Below, in pieces: positions 20,228 to 30,776 of a stretch of 64,000 bases of DNA (position 1 is its first letter; each line of letters opens with the position of its first letter). The DNA lies in the NCBI GenBank assembly GCA_963783575.1, contig CAWAOD010000003.1:276644-340643 (forward strand), given 5' to 3'. Position numbers and translations under genes: made by a program. The notes under the pieces are model-generated. The model had not been told where the DNA came from and did no database searches. It worked only from the letters and a program-made list of their open reading frames with translations. The DNA comes from an uncultured Spirochaetota bacterium (GTDB taxonomy: Bacteria; Spirochaetota; Brevinematia; Brevinematales; JAOACQ01).

Positions 20228-22039
20228 TTAAAACCCAAGCCTTTTAAACTGTTTTTCAATATCTTTCCTTGACAATACAAATGCCACAGGCCTGCCGTGA
20301 GGGCATGAATAGCGGTTTGGAGTTTTTTCCCATTCGCGGAGCAATTCGAAGACTTCTTCTTTTGATATGCCTTCTCCGCCTCGGATTGAGGATTTACATG
20401 CCATCTGTTTCAAAGCCCTGTCTATAAAATCCACGGAATGCGCTCCGCTGTCCTCTTCAAGAGTCTCGACAAAACCCATAAGCACATCGCCGATATCGTT
20501 ATAATCGATGTAAGCGGGCGCGCTCCTGACAATAAAACTGCTCCCGCCGAAATATTCCACATCAAAACCCATCGATTGAAGAATAACGGAATTCTCTTTA
20601 AAATCCTCCACAATTCCGGGCGGGACATCCAGGTTTACCGGTATTAATAATTCAACCGGGGTCAGGAGTTTATCTTTATAATGATTTTTTAATTTTTCAT
20701 AATTGATCCTTTCATGAACTGCGTGCTGATCCAGTAAAACGATAGAATCCTCGTTTTCCATAATAATAAATGTCCTGAAAATCACTCCAATAAACCGGTA
20801 ATCAAGAATACTTCCGGAATCACTATTATCTTCATGTTTTTGCGCCTCAAGACTTTCAAAAGTTTTTGAATCATTTTCCTGCTTAATTGGCGTCTCGGAT
20901 CTACTAAAAAACAGGTTTTGATAATGTTGGTTTTTACCGGCATCGCTGTTTAATGAACCCGCACCGCCGGTAAAAAATCCGCTGATGGCTTCGCCTACTC
21001 TTTTTTCAAATGGAGTAAATCCGATAACCGAATCCTCGGCTTCCGATAAACCGGTATCTTCGGTTAATGCCTTGTGGATAGCTTCCTGAATAGCTTTTGA
21101 GAGTCTGGCATCATCGCGAAACCTGACCTCTCGCTTCATCGGATGGACATTTACATCGACAGCATCGGGGGAAACATCAAGATAAATAAAAACAGCGGGG
21201 AAATATCCCCTTGGAATAAGATTTCCGTAAGCATTATTAATTGAGAAATAGAAATTTTTCCAGTCGACCGCCCTCCGGTTAACAAAAAACATTTGATACA
21301 TCCTGTTTGGTCTTATAAAAGCGGGTTTTGAAACAAATCCCATAATCGAGCCCAGTTCAGATATCGATTCAACCGGAATAAGATTAGACAAAACATCGGG
21401 GAAAAAATCGGCTATTTTTTCAAGATATGTATTCTTTGAAGTGGAGATATATTTTCTCTTTCCTTCGACAACAAACTCAAAAGTAATTCCGGGAAAAGCA
21501 AGGGCCTTTTTAAGAATTTCCCTGTCAATCCACTTTATTTCCGTTGAATCTGTTGATAGAAATTTTTTTCTTGCCGGTATATTCTCAAATAAATTTTTAA
21601 CGATTACGCTGGTTCCATAATTCATTCCGAATTCTTTCAATGATGCCGGCATACCGTTTTCAATCACAAGGGTATACCCTCCGGCATCGTCTTTTTTCCT
21701 TGAATTGATGTTTAAAACAGCAGTTTCCGCAATGCTGGACAGTGCCTCTCCCCTGAAACCAAGAGTGCGCAAATCCGAAATGTCATCAAAACCATTAATC
21801 TTACTGGTTGTATGATTTTTATAGCAGATTTCCAGGTCATCTTTGTCCATACCGGCACCGTTATCGGATACTTCAATATAACCCTTTCCCCCGCCGGAGA
21901 TATGTATACTTATTGAAGCCGCTCCGGCATCGATTGAGTTGTCAATCAGTTCCCTGACAACTGAAGCAGGCCTGTCAATAACTTCACCGGCGGCAATTTT
22001 GACAACCGTTTTATAATCCAGTTCCCGTATTATGCCCAC
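20228..22039 (-). CDS. mutL: DNA mismatch repair protein MutL
   Basis: IAAGEVI, LGFRGEALSSI, DVNVHP.K, DQHA.HER, ACK, CPHGRP. Confidence 0.97.
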   Translation of the reverse strand: MGIIRELDYKTVVKIAAGEVIDRPASVVRELIDNSIDAGAASISIHISGGGKGYIEVSDNGAGMDKDDLEICYKNHTTSKINGFDDISDLRTLGFRGEALSSIAETAVLNINSRKKDDAGGYTLVIENGMPASLKEFGMNYGTSVIVKNLFENIPARKKFLSTDSTEIKWIDREILKKALAFPGITFEFVVEGKRKYISTSKNTYLEKIADFFPDVLSNLIPVESISELGSIMGFVSKPAFIRPNRMYQMFFVNRRAVDWKNFYFSINNAYGNLIPRGYFPAVFIYLDVSPDAVDVNVHPMKREVRFRDDARLSKAIQEAIHKALTEDTGLSEAEDSVIGFTPFEKRVGEAISGFFTGGAGSLNSDAGKNQHYQNLFFSRSETPIKQENDSKTFESLEAQKHEDNSDSGSILDYRFIGVIFRTFIIMENEDSIVLLDQHAVHERINYEKLKNHYKDKLLTPVELLIPVNLDVPPGIVEDFKENSVILQSMGFDVEYFGGSSFIVRSAPAYIDYNDIGDVLMGFVETLEEDSGAHSVDFIDRALKQMACKSSIRGGEGISKEEVFELLREWEKTPNRYSCPHGRPVAFVLSRKDIEKQFKRLGF

Positions 22040-22935
22040 AAAACGTTCCTATCGTTCTTTTTAAGGAAATATATAAGCCCCGCGCCTCCCAGCAGGATCA
22101 TCGGGGTACTGAGTATTATTCCCATTGTAACCCAGCCTCCGTATAAATATCCTATATATGCATCAGGCTCCCTGAAAAATTCGACAATAAAGCGCGCAAC
22201 TCCATATCCCAGTATAAAGACTGAAAACAGCAGACCCCTCGGCTTATTTTTCAGCCTGCTCAAAATTAAAAGGATAAAAAATAAAACAACTCCTTCAAGA
22301 AATCCTTCGTATAATTGAGATGGATGTCTCGGCAGATTTATCATATTCTGTCCGGGAAGTACAGTCAAGCCTGATTTTGCGGCAAATTCCCTGACCCATG
22401 GAACTGATAGCGAAAACCATTTTTGCTGGGGAATATCCGGAAAAATAACCCCCCATGGAAGTGTTGTCGGTTTTCCCCAGAGCTCGCCGTTAACAAAATT
22501 TGCCCACCGTACAAAGGCGATCCCTAAAGTCGATGGAACAATGTAAACATCGGCAAGATCGAAAAAGTTTTTTTTATTTTTCAGGGAGTATATTATAAAT
22601 GCAATTGCGATACCTATTAAACCGCCATGAAAAGACATCCCTCCTTCCCAGGTTATGAAAATATGCAGAGGATGCTTGATATGATAGGCCAGATCGTAAA
22701 AAAGAACAAACCCCAGCCTCCCGCCAAGTAATACGCCCAGAAAAGAACCGAAGACTATATCCGAAAGCTCGGATTCCTTGATATTTAATTTCCCTTTTTT
22801 TATTTCCATAAATATGAAAAGGTATCCGAAAATAAAACTGATGGCATAAGTCAATCCGTACCACCTTACCGCCAGCGGCCCCCAGATTTGAAATATGACC
22901 GGATTGATATCCGGATGGTATAAATAAGCGAACAT
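22030..22935 (-). CDS. lgt: Prolipoprotein diacylglyceryl transferase
   Basis: RWYG, GGRLG, GGMSFHGG, NFVNGELWG, RHPSQLYE, EFFREPD. Confidence 0.96.
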   Translation of the reverse strand: MFAYLYHPDINPVIFQIWGPLAVRWYGLTYAISFIFGYLFIFMEIKKGKLNIKESELSDIVFGSFLGVLLGGRLGFVLFYDLAYHIKHPLHIFITWEGGMSFHGGLIGIAIAFIIYSLKNKKNFFDLADVYIVPSTLGIAFVRWANFVNGELWGKPTTLPWGVIFPDIPQQKWFSLSVPWVREFAAKSGLTVLPGQNMINLPRHPSQLYEGFLEGVVLFFILLILSRLKNKPRGLLFSVFILGYGVARFIVEFFREPDAYIGYLYGGWVTMGIILSTPMILLGGAGLIYFLKKNDRNVLWA

Positions 22936-23100
22936 AAAATCTCCCAAATAAAAAAGTATAATAAATTAACTTGCGGCGGCGGGTTTGTCAAATAATAAAC
23001 CTCTTTGGCATTTTTTTCTTGACATTTATGCTTTTTTTATTAAAATAAAGATTCAAAAGTTATTGGTGAATAACCCGATTACAAAATCAATAAATAGATT

Positions 23101-24168
23101 ATGAAAAAGTTATATCGGGAGAAAAAAATGAAAAATGATGATTTTACAAAAATGAAGAAGCAGGAATTGGTTAAAATTGCCGGAAAGAAAAAAATCAAAT
23201 TAACCACAAAAATGACTAAAGACCAGATGATCTCCGCCATATTATCGAACCGGAAACAGAAAATTCTTCCTGTAAAAAAATTAAAAATTTCAATGAAGCA
23301 AGGCAATTATTCCAGTTTATCAGTTATAGAAAATGATAACAAAATTAACAAACTGTCAGAAAACCAAAGATCAAGCTCAATCACTTTGCTGGTCAGAGAT
23401 CCATGGTGGGTTTATGCTTATTGGGAAATAAGTCCCGAAGATAATAAAAAATATGAATTGGATAAGATTACCGTTAATAAATCCGGAAAAAGTATTCCCG
23501 GGGAGAATAAAAAACTCGAAATGAACACAATGATCGTCAGGGTTTACCATGCCATTTTAAATACTCATTTCGACATTCCCGTCCATCCGAAATACAGGGG
23601 CTGGTATTTTCAAATTCCTGAGCCGAATAAAAGCTATTATTCGGAAATAGGCATTTTAAATAAAAACGGTAAATTTACCCCGATTGCAAGATCCAATCTT
23701 GTTATGGTTCCGCCTGATAAACCGGCTATTCCTTACGAAGAAATGACGGAACCTCAAAAAGCAATTTTCGACAGGTCAAGAGGAGCCGGTTTAATGAACC
23801 GGGCCGGTCAGGCCGTTCTTAATGAATGGACTAACGAATCTAATGCCGAATCTTCTCAAGCCTTATCATCTTCCGGTTTATTGTCTGAAAATAATATCAG
23901 CTCTTTTTCGGAGAACAGGAAGAAAGATATGTTTTTGGTTGTAAATACCGAATTAATAATTTATGGTTCGGTTGAAAAGGGAATGAATTTAATGATGGGA
24001 GGGAAACCTATTAAAATCGGAAATGACGGAAGATTTTCAGCCAGGTTTTATATTAATGACGGTAATTTTTCCATCCCGTTAATTATTGAAAATCCGGATA
24101 ATAATGATAATTACGAAATTAACACTATCATTACCAAGCAAACCATAAAAACTGATACCAGAAAATAA
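23101..24168 (+). CDS. DUF4912-domain protein with a Rho-N-like N-terminus
   Basis: LLVRDPWWVYAYWE, IARSN, TELIIYG motifs. Confidence 0.8.
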   Translation: MKKLYREKKMKNDDFTKMKKQELVKIAGKKKIKLTTKMTKDQMISAILSNRKQKILPVKKLKISMKQGNYSSLSVIENDNKINKLSENQRSSSITLLVRDPWWVYAYWEISPEDNKKYELDKITVNKSGKSIPGENKKLEMNTMIVRVYHAILNTHFDIPVHPKYRGWYFQIPEPNKSYYSEIGILNKNGKFTPIARSNLVMVPPDKPAIPYEEMTEPQKAIFDRSRGAGLMNRAGQAVLNEWTNESNAESSQALSSSGLLSENNISSFSENRKKDMFLVVNTELIIYGSVEKGMNLMMGGKPIKIGNDGRFSARFYINDGNFSIPLIIENPDNNDNYEINTIITKQTIKTDTRK

Positions 24169-24181
24169 CCGGATATTATTA

Positions 24182-24658
24182 ATGACAAGATTATTAATTA
24201 TAAGCGATTCACATGGCGCTATCGATATGATACAGAAGGTTCTGAAAAAGGAAACTGGACAATTCGACCAATGTATTCATCTTGGGGACAGAGTCGAAGA
24301 TATGAGGCAATTTCAAGATATGGCGGAAAAGTTTATCTTTGTTAAAGGAAATATGGATTTTAAATCTGAAAATTCTGTTATGGAGCCTCCCTTTGAAAGA
24401 ATCGTTGAAATAGAGGGAGTAAAAATTCTGATCACTCATGGCCACCGTTTTAAGGTTCATGCGACAACCGGTTTATTGCAAAAAGAAGCTGAATTCAGGG
24501 AAGTCAAGCTTGTTTTATACGGGCATACTCACAAAAAAGATTTTTTTAGCGAAAAAGGAATTTCATATTTTAATCCCGGTTCATTGAAAAATAAGGAGTA
24601 CGGTAAAATCACAATTGATAAAGGCAGTATATCGGAAGTCAGCCAATTATTATTATAG
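24182..24658 (+). CDS. YfcE/YsnB-family metallophosphoesterase
   Basis: SDSHG, HLGD, GNMD, THGH, GHTH, NPGS. Confidence 0.92.
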   Translation: MTRLLIISDSHGAIDMIQKVLKKETGQFDQCIHLGDRVEDMRQFQDMAEKFIFVKGNMDFKSENSVMEPPFERIVEIEGVKILITHGHRFKVHATTGLLQKEAEFREVKLVLYGHTHKKDFFSEKGISYFNPGSLKNKEYGKITIDKGSISEVSQLLL

Positions 24659-24754
24659 CCTAAACAGATTGGTTCTTACCAATTTAACCATAATAAATTA
24701 GAGGAATGGAAATGCCCGCTTAATTTTGGTATAACTTTAATTAAAAGAGGTGCA

Positions 24755-25261
24755 ATGAATATGGTTGAAGTAATTAATTATAAAAACAGCTTCTATAATC
24801 AATATCTGTTAAACTATTTATCGGAATTTATAGATAGAATTCTTATAGACTTTAAGCGGGAAAATTATGATGTAAATATTGTATTTTGCGATAATTTTTT
24901 TATTCAGAATTTAAATAAGCAATATCGCGGGAAGAATGAGCCGACTGACGTTTTATCATTTTCTATGCTTGAGGGTGAAGATATTTTAAAACTGCCGGAT
25001 GAAATTGAACAGGCAGAAAATGACGATGAAACTGACAATCGGCATATTCCTCTTGGTGATATAATAATATCCATTGATCAGGCAGAAAAGCAGGCAAAAG
25101 ATTATATGGTAACTTTTGAAGAAGAAATGGCAAGGCTGGCGATTCATGGCCTACTTCATCTTCTGGGTTTTGACCATGAAAAATTCGGGAAAGATGAAAC
25201 AATTATGTTTAAAAAACAGGATGAATACGTAATTAAGTTTTTAGAAAATTATTCCCATTAA
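24755..25261 (+). CDS. ybeY: rRNA maturation RNase YbeY
   Basis: LN..YR....PTDVLSF, LGDIII, HGLLHLLGFDH. Confidence 0.96.
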   Translation: MNMVEVINYKNSFYNQYLLNYLSEFIDRILIDFKRENYDVNIVFCDNFFIQNLNKQYRGKNEPTDVLSFSMLEGEDILKLPDEIEQAENDDETDNRHIPLGDIIISIDQAEKQAKDYMVTFEEEMARLAIHGLLHLLGFDHEKFGKDETIMFKKQDEYVIKFLENYSH

Positions 25262-25345
25262 CTTTAATCCCGGGTAGTCTTCATACTTGTTAATTTCCTA
25301 AAGTTTGACTGACATCCTAAAATATGCAATAATGATAGAAAAAGT

Positions 25346-27799
25346 TTGGATATTAGAATGCCGAATTTGAATGCCTTCATCGAGACAAAATTTAAAGATC
25401 AAATCCGCGCTCATAAATTTATTGATAAAATAGAAGGGGAATACATTAACTTCCCTGATGGACTGCATCCCGGGCTCAGGGAAGTTTTAATAAATCAGGG
25501 TATAACAAAGCTGTATTCCCATCAAAAAGAAGCCTTTCAATCTATCGAAGAAAATAAAAATACCCTCCTTGTTTCCAGCACCGCAAGCGGAAAGACCCTT
25601 TCATTTTTTCTGCCCATAATAAATCAATATATGTTTGCGGAACAGCCCTTCACCGTATTACTGCTGTATCCCACAAAAGCTCTTTCAAGGGACCAGGAAA
25701 ATACTTTCGGAATTCTTATGGAAGTTGTGAAAAAGAGCGGTAAACTTGGAACTTTTGATGGGGATACTCCCCGTGAGGAAAGGGACAGGATACAAAAAAC
25801 CGGGGATTTTATAATTACTAACCCTGATATGCTCCATAACGGTATTCTTCCAAATCATAACAGGAGATGGAAGGGATTTCTTTCACGGCTGCGATACATA
25901 GTCGTCGATGAAGTCCACAGCTACAGGGGAGCATTCGGCTCACATGTATCAAATGTTTTCAGGAGGCTGATGCGGGTGTGTGAAATCCATGGGTCTCACC
26001 CGGTTTTTGTTTGCTCCTCGGCAACAATAAGAAATCCAGGAGAACATGCGGGAGCTTTATTCCATTGCGATTTTAATGTAATACTGAAAGATGGAGCTCC
26101 AAAATCTCCAAGGGAATTCTATTTTATTAATCCCCCGCTTGAAGAATCCCAGGGTTACGCAATGTACCGCAAAGGAACGTCTTCCGTTTCCATACCGCTC
26201 CTGCGGGAAGCCTTGAAGAACAAAATAAGGACAATATGTTTCTGCCGGGCAAGGCAGGAGGTTGAAAGGTTATACAGGGCCGTTGTGGACGGCCGCCCTG
26301 AGTTTGAAACGATGATCAAACCTTACAGGGGCGGTTTGCTTCCTAATGAAAGAAGAAGCCTTGAAAAGGATCTGTCTTCCGGTAAAATCACAGCAATAAT
26401 AACGACAAATGCCCTGGAATTGGGTATTGATATCGGAGGGCTTGATTTATGCATACTATCCGGGCATCCTGGAACCATCGCCAGCTTCCGTCAGCAGTCC
26501 GGCAGGGTCGGAAGAAAAGACCGCCCGTCGCTAATTGTTTTTATTGCAAAAGACAAATCGATCGATCAATACCTTGTCCATCATCCCGATTTTTTTGATA
26601 AGACTCCGGTTGAGGAAGCCTGGCTATCGGCTGACAACCCTTACATACTTCTTCAACACCTGCCTTGCGCCGCTCAGGAACATCCGTTAAGGGAAAATGA
26701 ACCCAATTATGAACCTGTTGTCTATAAGGAAGCTCTTGAATTATTGAAACGGCAAAAATTGATTATTCCCTACCATGAGAATTACCGGTACGCGGGGGAT
26801 GATTATCCCGCAAGAGGAGTGAATCTACGGGGTATGACCGACTATAATATCGATATTTACTGCGGAACCGAAGTTATCGGGGAGCTTGATCCGATTGGTG
26901 CCCGCGGCACATTGTACAAAGACGCTATTTACCAGCATCTGGGCAGAAGATACATGTCGCTTGAGCTTGACCTGGAGAAAAAACTATGCCGGGTTGAAGA
27001 GGTCAATGTTGATTATTATACGGAAGCGGTATGGGAAGGACAGGTAGAAATGACCGAATCTTATGAAAATAAAACCATTAATGGCGCGGTTCTTGAATTC
27101 GGCGGGATACACGTTAAAAAACAGCCGAAGCTCTATAAAAAAATTCGTGAAAGGACTTACGAAAACATCGGTTACGGGCCGATTACACTGCCCCCGTTTG
27201 ACTACAATACAACCGGGTTCAGCATCTTTCCACCTGGAAATTGGGCAGCGGCAATGATAAAGACGGACAAACGTTATATAGAAACCGCATTGTACGGTCT
27301 TTCATATCTGCTCAACCAGAATGCGCCCGGTTTATGCATGGCCGACACAAGTGATATCTTAACTGATATATCTCTGATAGAGCTTGATGATAAAACCTGG
27401 AAAAGCACATTATATATTTTTGATTCGATAGAAGGCGGGGCCGGTTACTCCGAGAAAATCTATGAAAGAATCGCTGAAAGCCTCAAATTATGCCTTGACG
27501 TTCTGGATGAATGCGAATGCGAATACGGCTGCCCATCATGCGCGCCCCCGCTTCCGCCCGGAATCAGCAATCAGGATCTTCAGACATTTCTGGTTGAATC
27601 AAACGTTTCAATCGAATGTACCAGGTCATTACTCATCGCTCTTTTAGAAGGAAGAATATATCAGCCCGGGATTATTGTGAACAGCACAGCCATACAGACA
27701 ATGCCCGCGCCGCCGGAAGACGAAGAACTGAAAAAAATGAAAAGCAAACTAAACCGCGCAATGGCAAATCTGATTGATAAAAAGGAGAGACTCCACTGA
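25346..27799 (+). CDS. DEAH helicase with C-terminal DUF1998 Zn-binding domain (MrfA/YprA-like)
   Basis: LYSHQ, TASGKT, YPTKAL, DEVH, ALELGIDIG, Q.SGR.GR, GGAG, CEC..GCPSC. Confidence 0.92.
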   Translation: MDIRMPNLNAFIETKFKDQIRAHKFIDKIEGEYINFPDGLHPGLREVLINQGITKLYSHQKEAFQSIEENKNTLLVSSTASGKTLSFFLPIINQYMFAEQPFTVLLLYPTKALSRDQENTFGILMEVVKKSGKLGTFDGDTPREERDRIQKTGDFIITNPDMLHNGILPNHNRRWKGFLSRLRYIVVDEVHSYRGAFGSHVSNVFRRLMRVCEIHGSHPVFVCSSATIRNPGEHAGALFHCDFNVILKDGAPKSPREFYFINPPLEESQGYAMYRKGTSSVSIPLLREALKNKIRTICFCRARQEVERLYRAVVDGRPEFETMIKPYRGGLLPNERRSLEKDLSSGKITAIITTNALELGIDIGGLDLCILSGHPGTIASFRQQSGRVGRKDRPSLIVFIAKDKSIDQYLVHHPDFFDKTPVEEAWLSADNPYILLQHLPCAAQEHPLRENEPNYEPVVYKEALELLKRQKLIIPYHENYRYAGDDYPARGVNLRGMTDYNIDIYCGTEVIGELDPIGARGTLYKDAIYQHLGRRYMSLELDLEKKLCRVEEVNVDYYTEAVWEGQVEMTESYENKTINGAVLEFGGIHVKKQPKLYKKIRERTYENIGYGPITLPPFDYNTTGFSIFPPGNWAAAMIKTDKRYIETALYGLSYLLNQNAPGLCMADTSDILTDISLIELDDKTWKSTLYIFDSIEGGAGYSEKIYERIAESLKLCLDVLDECECEYGCPSCAPPLPPGISNQDLQTFLVESNVSIECTRSLLIALLEGRIYQPGIIVNSTAIQTMPAPPEDEELKKMKSKLNRAMANLIDKKERLH

Positions 27800-28578
27800 T
27801 TGACGGCACATTTACTCATTGTTACGGCATCGGTCCTAAAACAGATATTAAACTAAAAGAATTGGGATTTTATAGCTGGCAGGATTGCATTGTTAAGAAA
27901 GACAGCCTGCCTTTTAAAGGCGAAAAATTATCCCGCTTTATCGATCAGATTGAACAAAGCAGGCAGGCGCTTGAAAAAAATGATATCGAATATCTTGTAA
28001 ATATTATGCCAAAGAGTGAACACTGGAGGATTCTGGCAGAATATTACAGTGACGCCACTTATTTTGACATCGAGACAACCGGCCTTAATTGGATGTATAG
28101 CCATGTTACGGTTATCGCGGCTTACAGAAAGGATAAGATATATAATTTCGTTTATAATAAAAACCTGGATGACTTTCTTGATCTGATCGATGATTCAAGT
28201 TTACTGGTATCCTTTAACGGAAATTCATTCGACATTCCCTTCCTTGAAAGGACATTCCATATTCCGGAATTAGGACGCCCTCATATTGACCTTAGATGGG
28301 TCTCTTACCATGCCGGATATAAAAGCGGTTTGAAATCAATAGAAAAGATAATGAATATACAAAGGCCGTCTGACCTTTCTGAAGTGAACGGTTTGGAAGC
28401 TGTTCTGCTATATAACAAGTTTACCCGGGGCGACATGGAAGCGGGCGATAAATTGATCCGTTACTGCAGCGCCGATGCGCTTTCAACATATCTTGTAACA
28501 TTAAGCATACTGCACAAGTACGGTTTAGCTATACCGTTGCCGGAATATGGGGATTTTAGCAATTTATTAAGGCTTTAA
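27796..28578 (+). CDS. RNase H-like DEDD exonuclease (MrfB/YprB-like)
   Basis: FDIETTGL, SFNG..FDIPFL, HIDLR, GLK.IE, L.RY...D; the frame extends upstream to CTG 27796 through TF.H..GIG.KT. Confidence 0.88.
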   Translation: MIDGTFTHCYGIGPKTDIKLKELGFYSWQDCIVKKDSLPFKGEKLSRFIDQIEQSRQALEKNDIEYLVNIMPKSEHWRILAEYYSDATYFDIETTGLNWMYSHVTVIAAYRKDKIYNFVYNKNLDDFLDLIDDSSLLVSFNGNSFDIPFLERTFHIPELGRPHIDLRWVSYHAGYKSGLKSIEKIMNIQRPSDLSEVNGLEAVLLYNKFTRGDMEAGDKLIRYCSADALSTYLVTLSILHKYGLAIPLPEYGDFSNLLRL

Positions 28579-28597
28579 CAAACCGGAGATTTAAAAT

Positions 28598-29236
28598 ATG
28601 AATTTAAAAAGTTCTTCAAAATCCCAATTTTTTAAAGGATTCCTCTTTGGAATGCTTTTACAGATAGCGATAGGCCCGGTCTGCATATTCATTCTCAACT
28701 GCGGTTCTACCGGGGGCTTTTTTTACGCCGAAACTGCCGTCTTCTCCGTTGCACTTGTTGATGGAATCTATATTTTTCTTGCCGTTATGGGAATCGCACA
28801 GTTTTTATCAGGAAAAATCACAAAACTAATTTTAAAAACATTCGGAGCAATAGTTTTAACAATATTCGGAGCTGATATCATTTTGAAAGCTTTCGGAATG
28901 GATTTTTTACCGGCTGTTCATACCGGTACTCTTCCTCGCAGCCCATTCATTACAGGATTTATATTAACGGCATCTAATCCTTTAACCATAATATTCTGGG
29001 CCGGTGTTTTTTCAACAAGAATATCCGAGTACGATTGTAAGCAAACGGATTTATTATTTTTCGCGGCCGGTTGTATTTTTTCCACTCTTCTATTTTTATC
29101 TTTGATAGGAGCTGCCGGAAGTTCTTTACATTATCTTTTCCCCCCGGCCTTATTAACAATATTAAACGGCATTATCGGTGCTGTTTTGATATTTTTTGCG
29201 GTTCATTTATTGATGAAAAAGACTGCCGGGGTGTAA
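28598..29236 (+). CDS. LysE-family translocator
   Basis: AIGPV, GF.LT.SNPLTIIFW, about six TM segments. Confidence 0.88.
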   Translation: MNLKSSSKSQFFKGFLFGMLLQIAIGPVCIFILNCGSTGGFFYAETAVFSVALVDGIYIFLAVMGIAQFLSGKITKLILKTFGAIVLTIFGADIILKAFGMDFLPAVHTGTLPRSPFITGFILTASNPLTIIFWAGVFSTRISEYDCKQTDLLFFAAGCIFSTLLFLSLIGAAGSSLHYLFPPALLTILNGIIGAVLIFFAVHLLMKKTAGV

Positions 29237-29237
29237 T

Positions 29238-29717
29238 ATGAATATTCATACGGCATATATTTCAATCGGGTCAAATCTCGGAAATAGAAAAAATAATATC
29301 AGGCTTGCAATTAAAAAATTAATGGGTTTTTGCAATATTGAAGCATATTCCAGAGTTTATAGAACCAAACCATACGGGGTAACAGATCAGCCGGATTTTA
29401 TCAATCTGGCGGTAAGGGTTTCCACAATTCTTGAACCGGCAGAACTGCTTGAAGAATTAAAGGCTGTTGAAGATTCTCTCGGTCGTGTCCGTATAATACG
29501 GTGGGGACCTCGTACAATCGACCTCGACATTCTTTTTTTTGATGATTTGATAATAAAAACTGAAAATCTTACAATCCCTCACCCTGATCTGCAGAACCGC
29601 TATTTTGTGCTAAAACCGCTCAATGATATCTCTCCGGATTATATTCATCCGGTAATAAAATTGACTGTTGCTGAAATGTTCCGGCAAATTAAAAAGACCT
29701 ATTCTTTCCCAATTTAA
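29238..29717 (+). CDS. folK: HPPK (folate biosynthesis)
   Basis: IGSNLG, QPDFIN, RWGPRTIDLDIL, IPHP. Confidence 0.97.
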   Translation: MNIHTAYISIGSNLGNRKNNIRLAIKKLMGFCNIEAYSRVYRTKPYGVTDQPDFINLAVRVSTILEPAELLEELKAVEDSLGRVRIIRWGPRTIDLDILFFDDLIIKTENLTIPHPDLQNRYFVLKPLNDISPDYIHPVIKLTVAEMFRQIKKTYSFPI

Positions 29718-30074
29718 GTTATCCATAGATTATAACGATAAAAGTATATCTGTTAATAAAATTTTCTTATAAAAAACTTGATTTTATTTTTATAATATTT
29801 TATATTAATATACGGGAGTGATATTCCTTTGATAAAAAGACAGGCCTTCCATTTAAAGCCTGTTACCCGGTTTTTCATGACTGAAGGGCCTGGGTATGGA
29901 GTTTGGAATACACTCCCTTTTTTTATTCCAACCGCTGTCAAAAATTTCCAGTCCAAATCCTTAATCTTCCATATTTTTAAAAAAATATTACATCTAAGTA
30001 TTTACCCCGATGACAAAATTTTAAATATAAAACATAATTATGTTAAATATAGATCAAATTTTGGAGGTATTAAT

Positions 30075-30761
30075 ATGCTGAAGTATACAGTATTTTTAAG
30101 CCTAATTATCCTTATCCTAAACGGCTGTATTTTAATGGAAAAAATCAATAAACCTGCGGTTCCGAATTATGAGAGCATAAAAAATCAGAAGGGAAATAAA
30201 GCAGACGCTTACAACACCAAAATAATGATCGTTTATAATCCCAGGGAACCGGTTCCTGGTAAAAGCGAAACTTATCAAAGCCTGAAAATGGGCAGGGGCG
30301 GCAAGCCTTACCCCGCAGTTGACAGGCAATTCTGGGATCCGATATTCGGCAGGTCAACAAAAGCAGGAAGTACATATGGAGGCTGGGTAACAATGAATAA
30401 CATGAAATACGGCATGATGATCGGAGGAGCTTTGTGCCTTCTTGGAGGGGGAATATATTATGCAATTGATCCGCCTGCAACTTATGACTATGGTTCTTAC
30501 CAGGTAACAACAATTCCAATCGGCGCAATCGGTCTTATGATCGGCGGAGGTATCTGCCTGGCTGCATCGATTTTTATAAACGCGCCGGAATCATGGCTGA
30601 AACAGGCAGTTGATGAATATAACGACTATGCCAAAAGAGATTTAAAGTTAACCTATGATGATAGTTTAACCCCTCAAATCAAATATTTAACTCTTATGCC
30701 TGGAAGTACCGGTTATGGAAATAAAGCTTATTATTTTTCATTGATGTCAATAAATTTTTAA
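30075..30761 (+). CDS. Hypothetical lipoprotein with a C-terminal Gly-rich TM hairpin
   Basis: GGAGG RBS before ATG 30075; LNGC lipobox. Confidence 0.7.
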   Translation: MLKYTVFLSLIILILNGCILMEKINKPAVPNYESIKNQKGNKADAYNTKIMIVYNPREPVPGKSETYQSLKMGRGGKPYPAVDRQFWDPIFGRSTKAGSTYGGWVTMNNMKYGMMIGGALCLLGGGIYYAIDPPATYDYGSYQVTTIPIGAIGLMIGGGICLAASIFINAPESWLKQAVDEYNDYAKRDLKLTYDDSLTPQIKYLTLMPGSTGYGNKAYYFSLMSINF

Positions 30762-30776
30762 AATTAGGAGGAAAAT

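Noticed and set aside
25346..28578. Helicase-DUF1998 as a DISARM/Druantia defence component
   Set aside because: It is fused with the helicase and paired with a YprB-like exonuclease in a host-like context, which fits the known MrfAB repair module.
29753..30074. 67-aa minus-strand ORF and the 5' extension of the 29829 ORF
   Set aside because: Neither looks protein-like; the GGAGG RBS and lipobox support a start at 30075.
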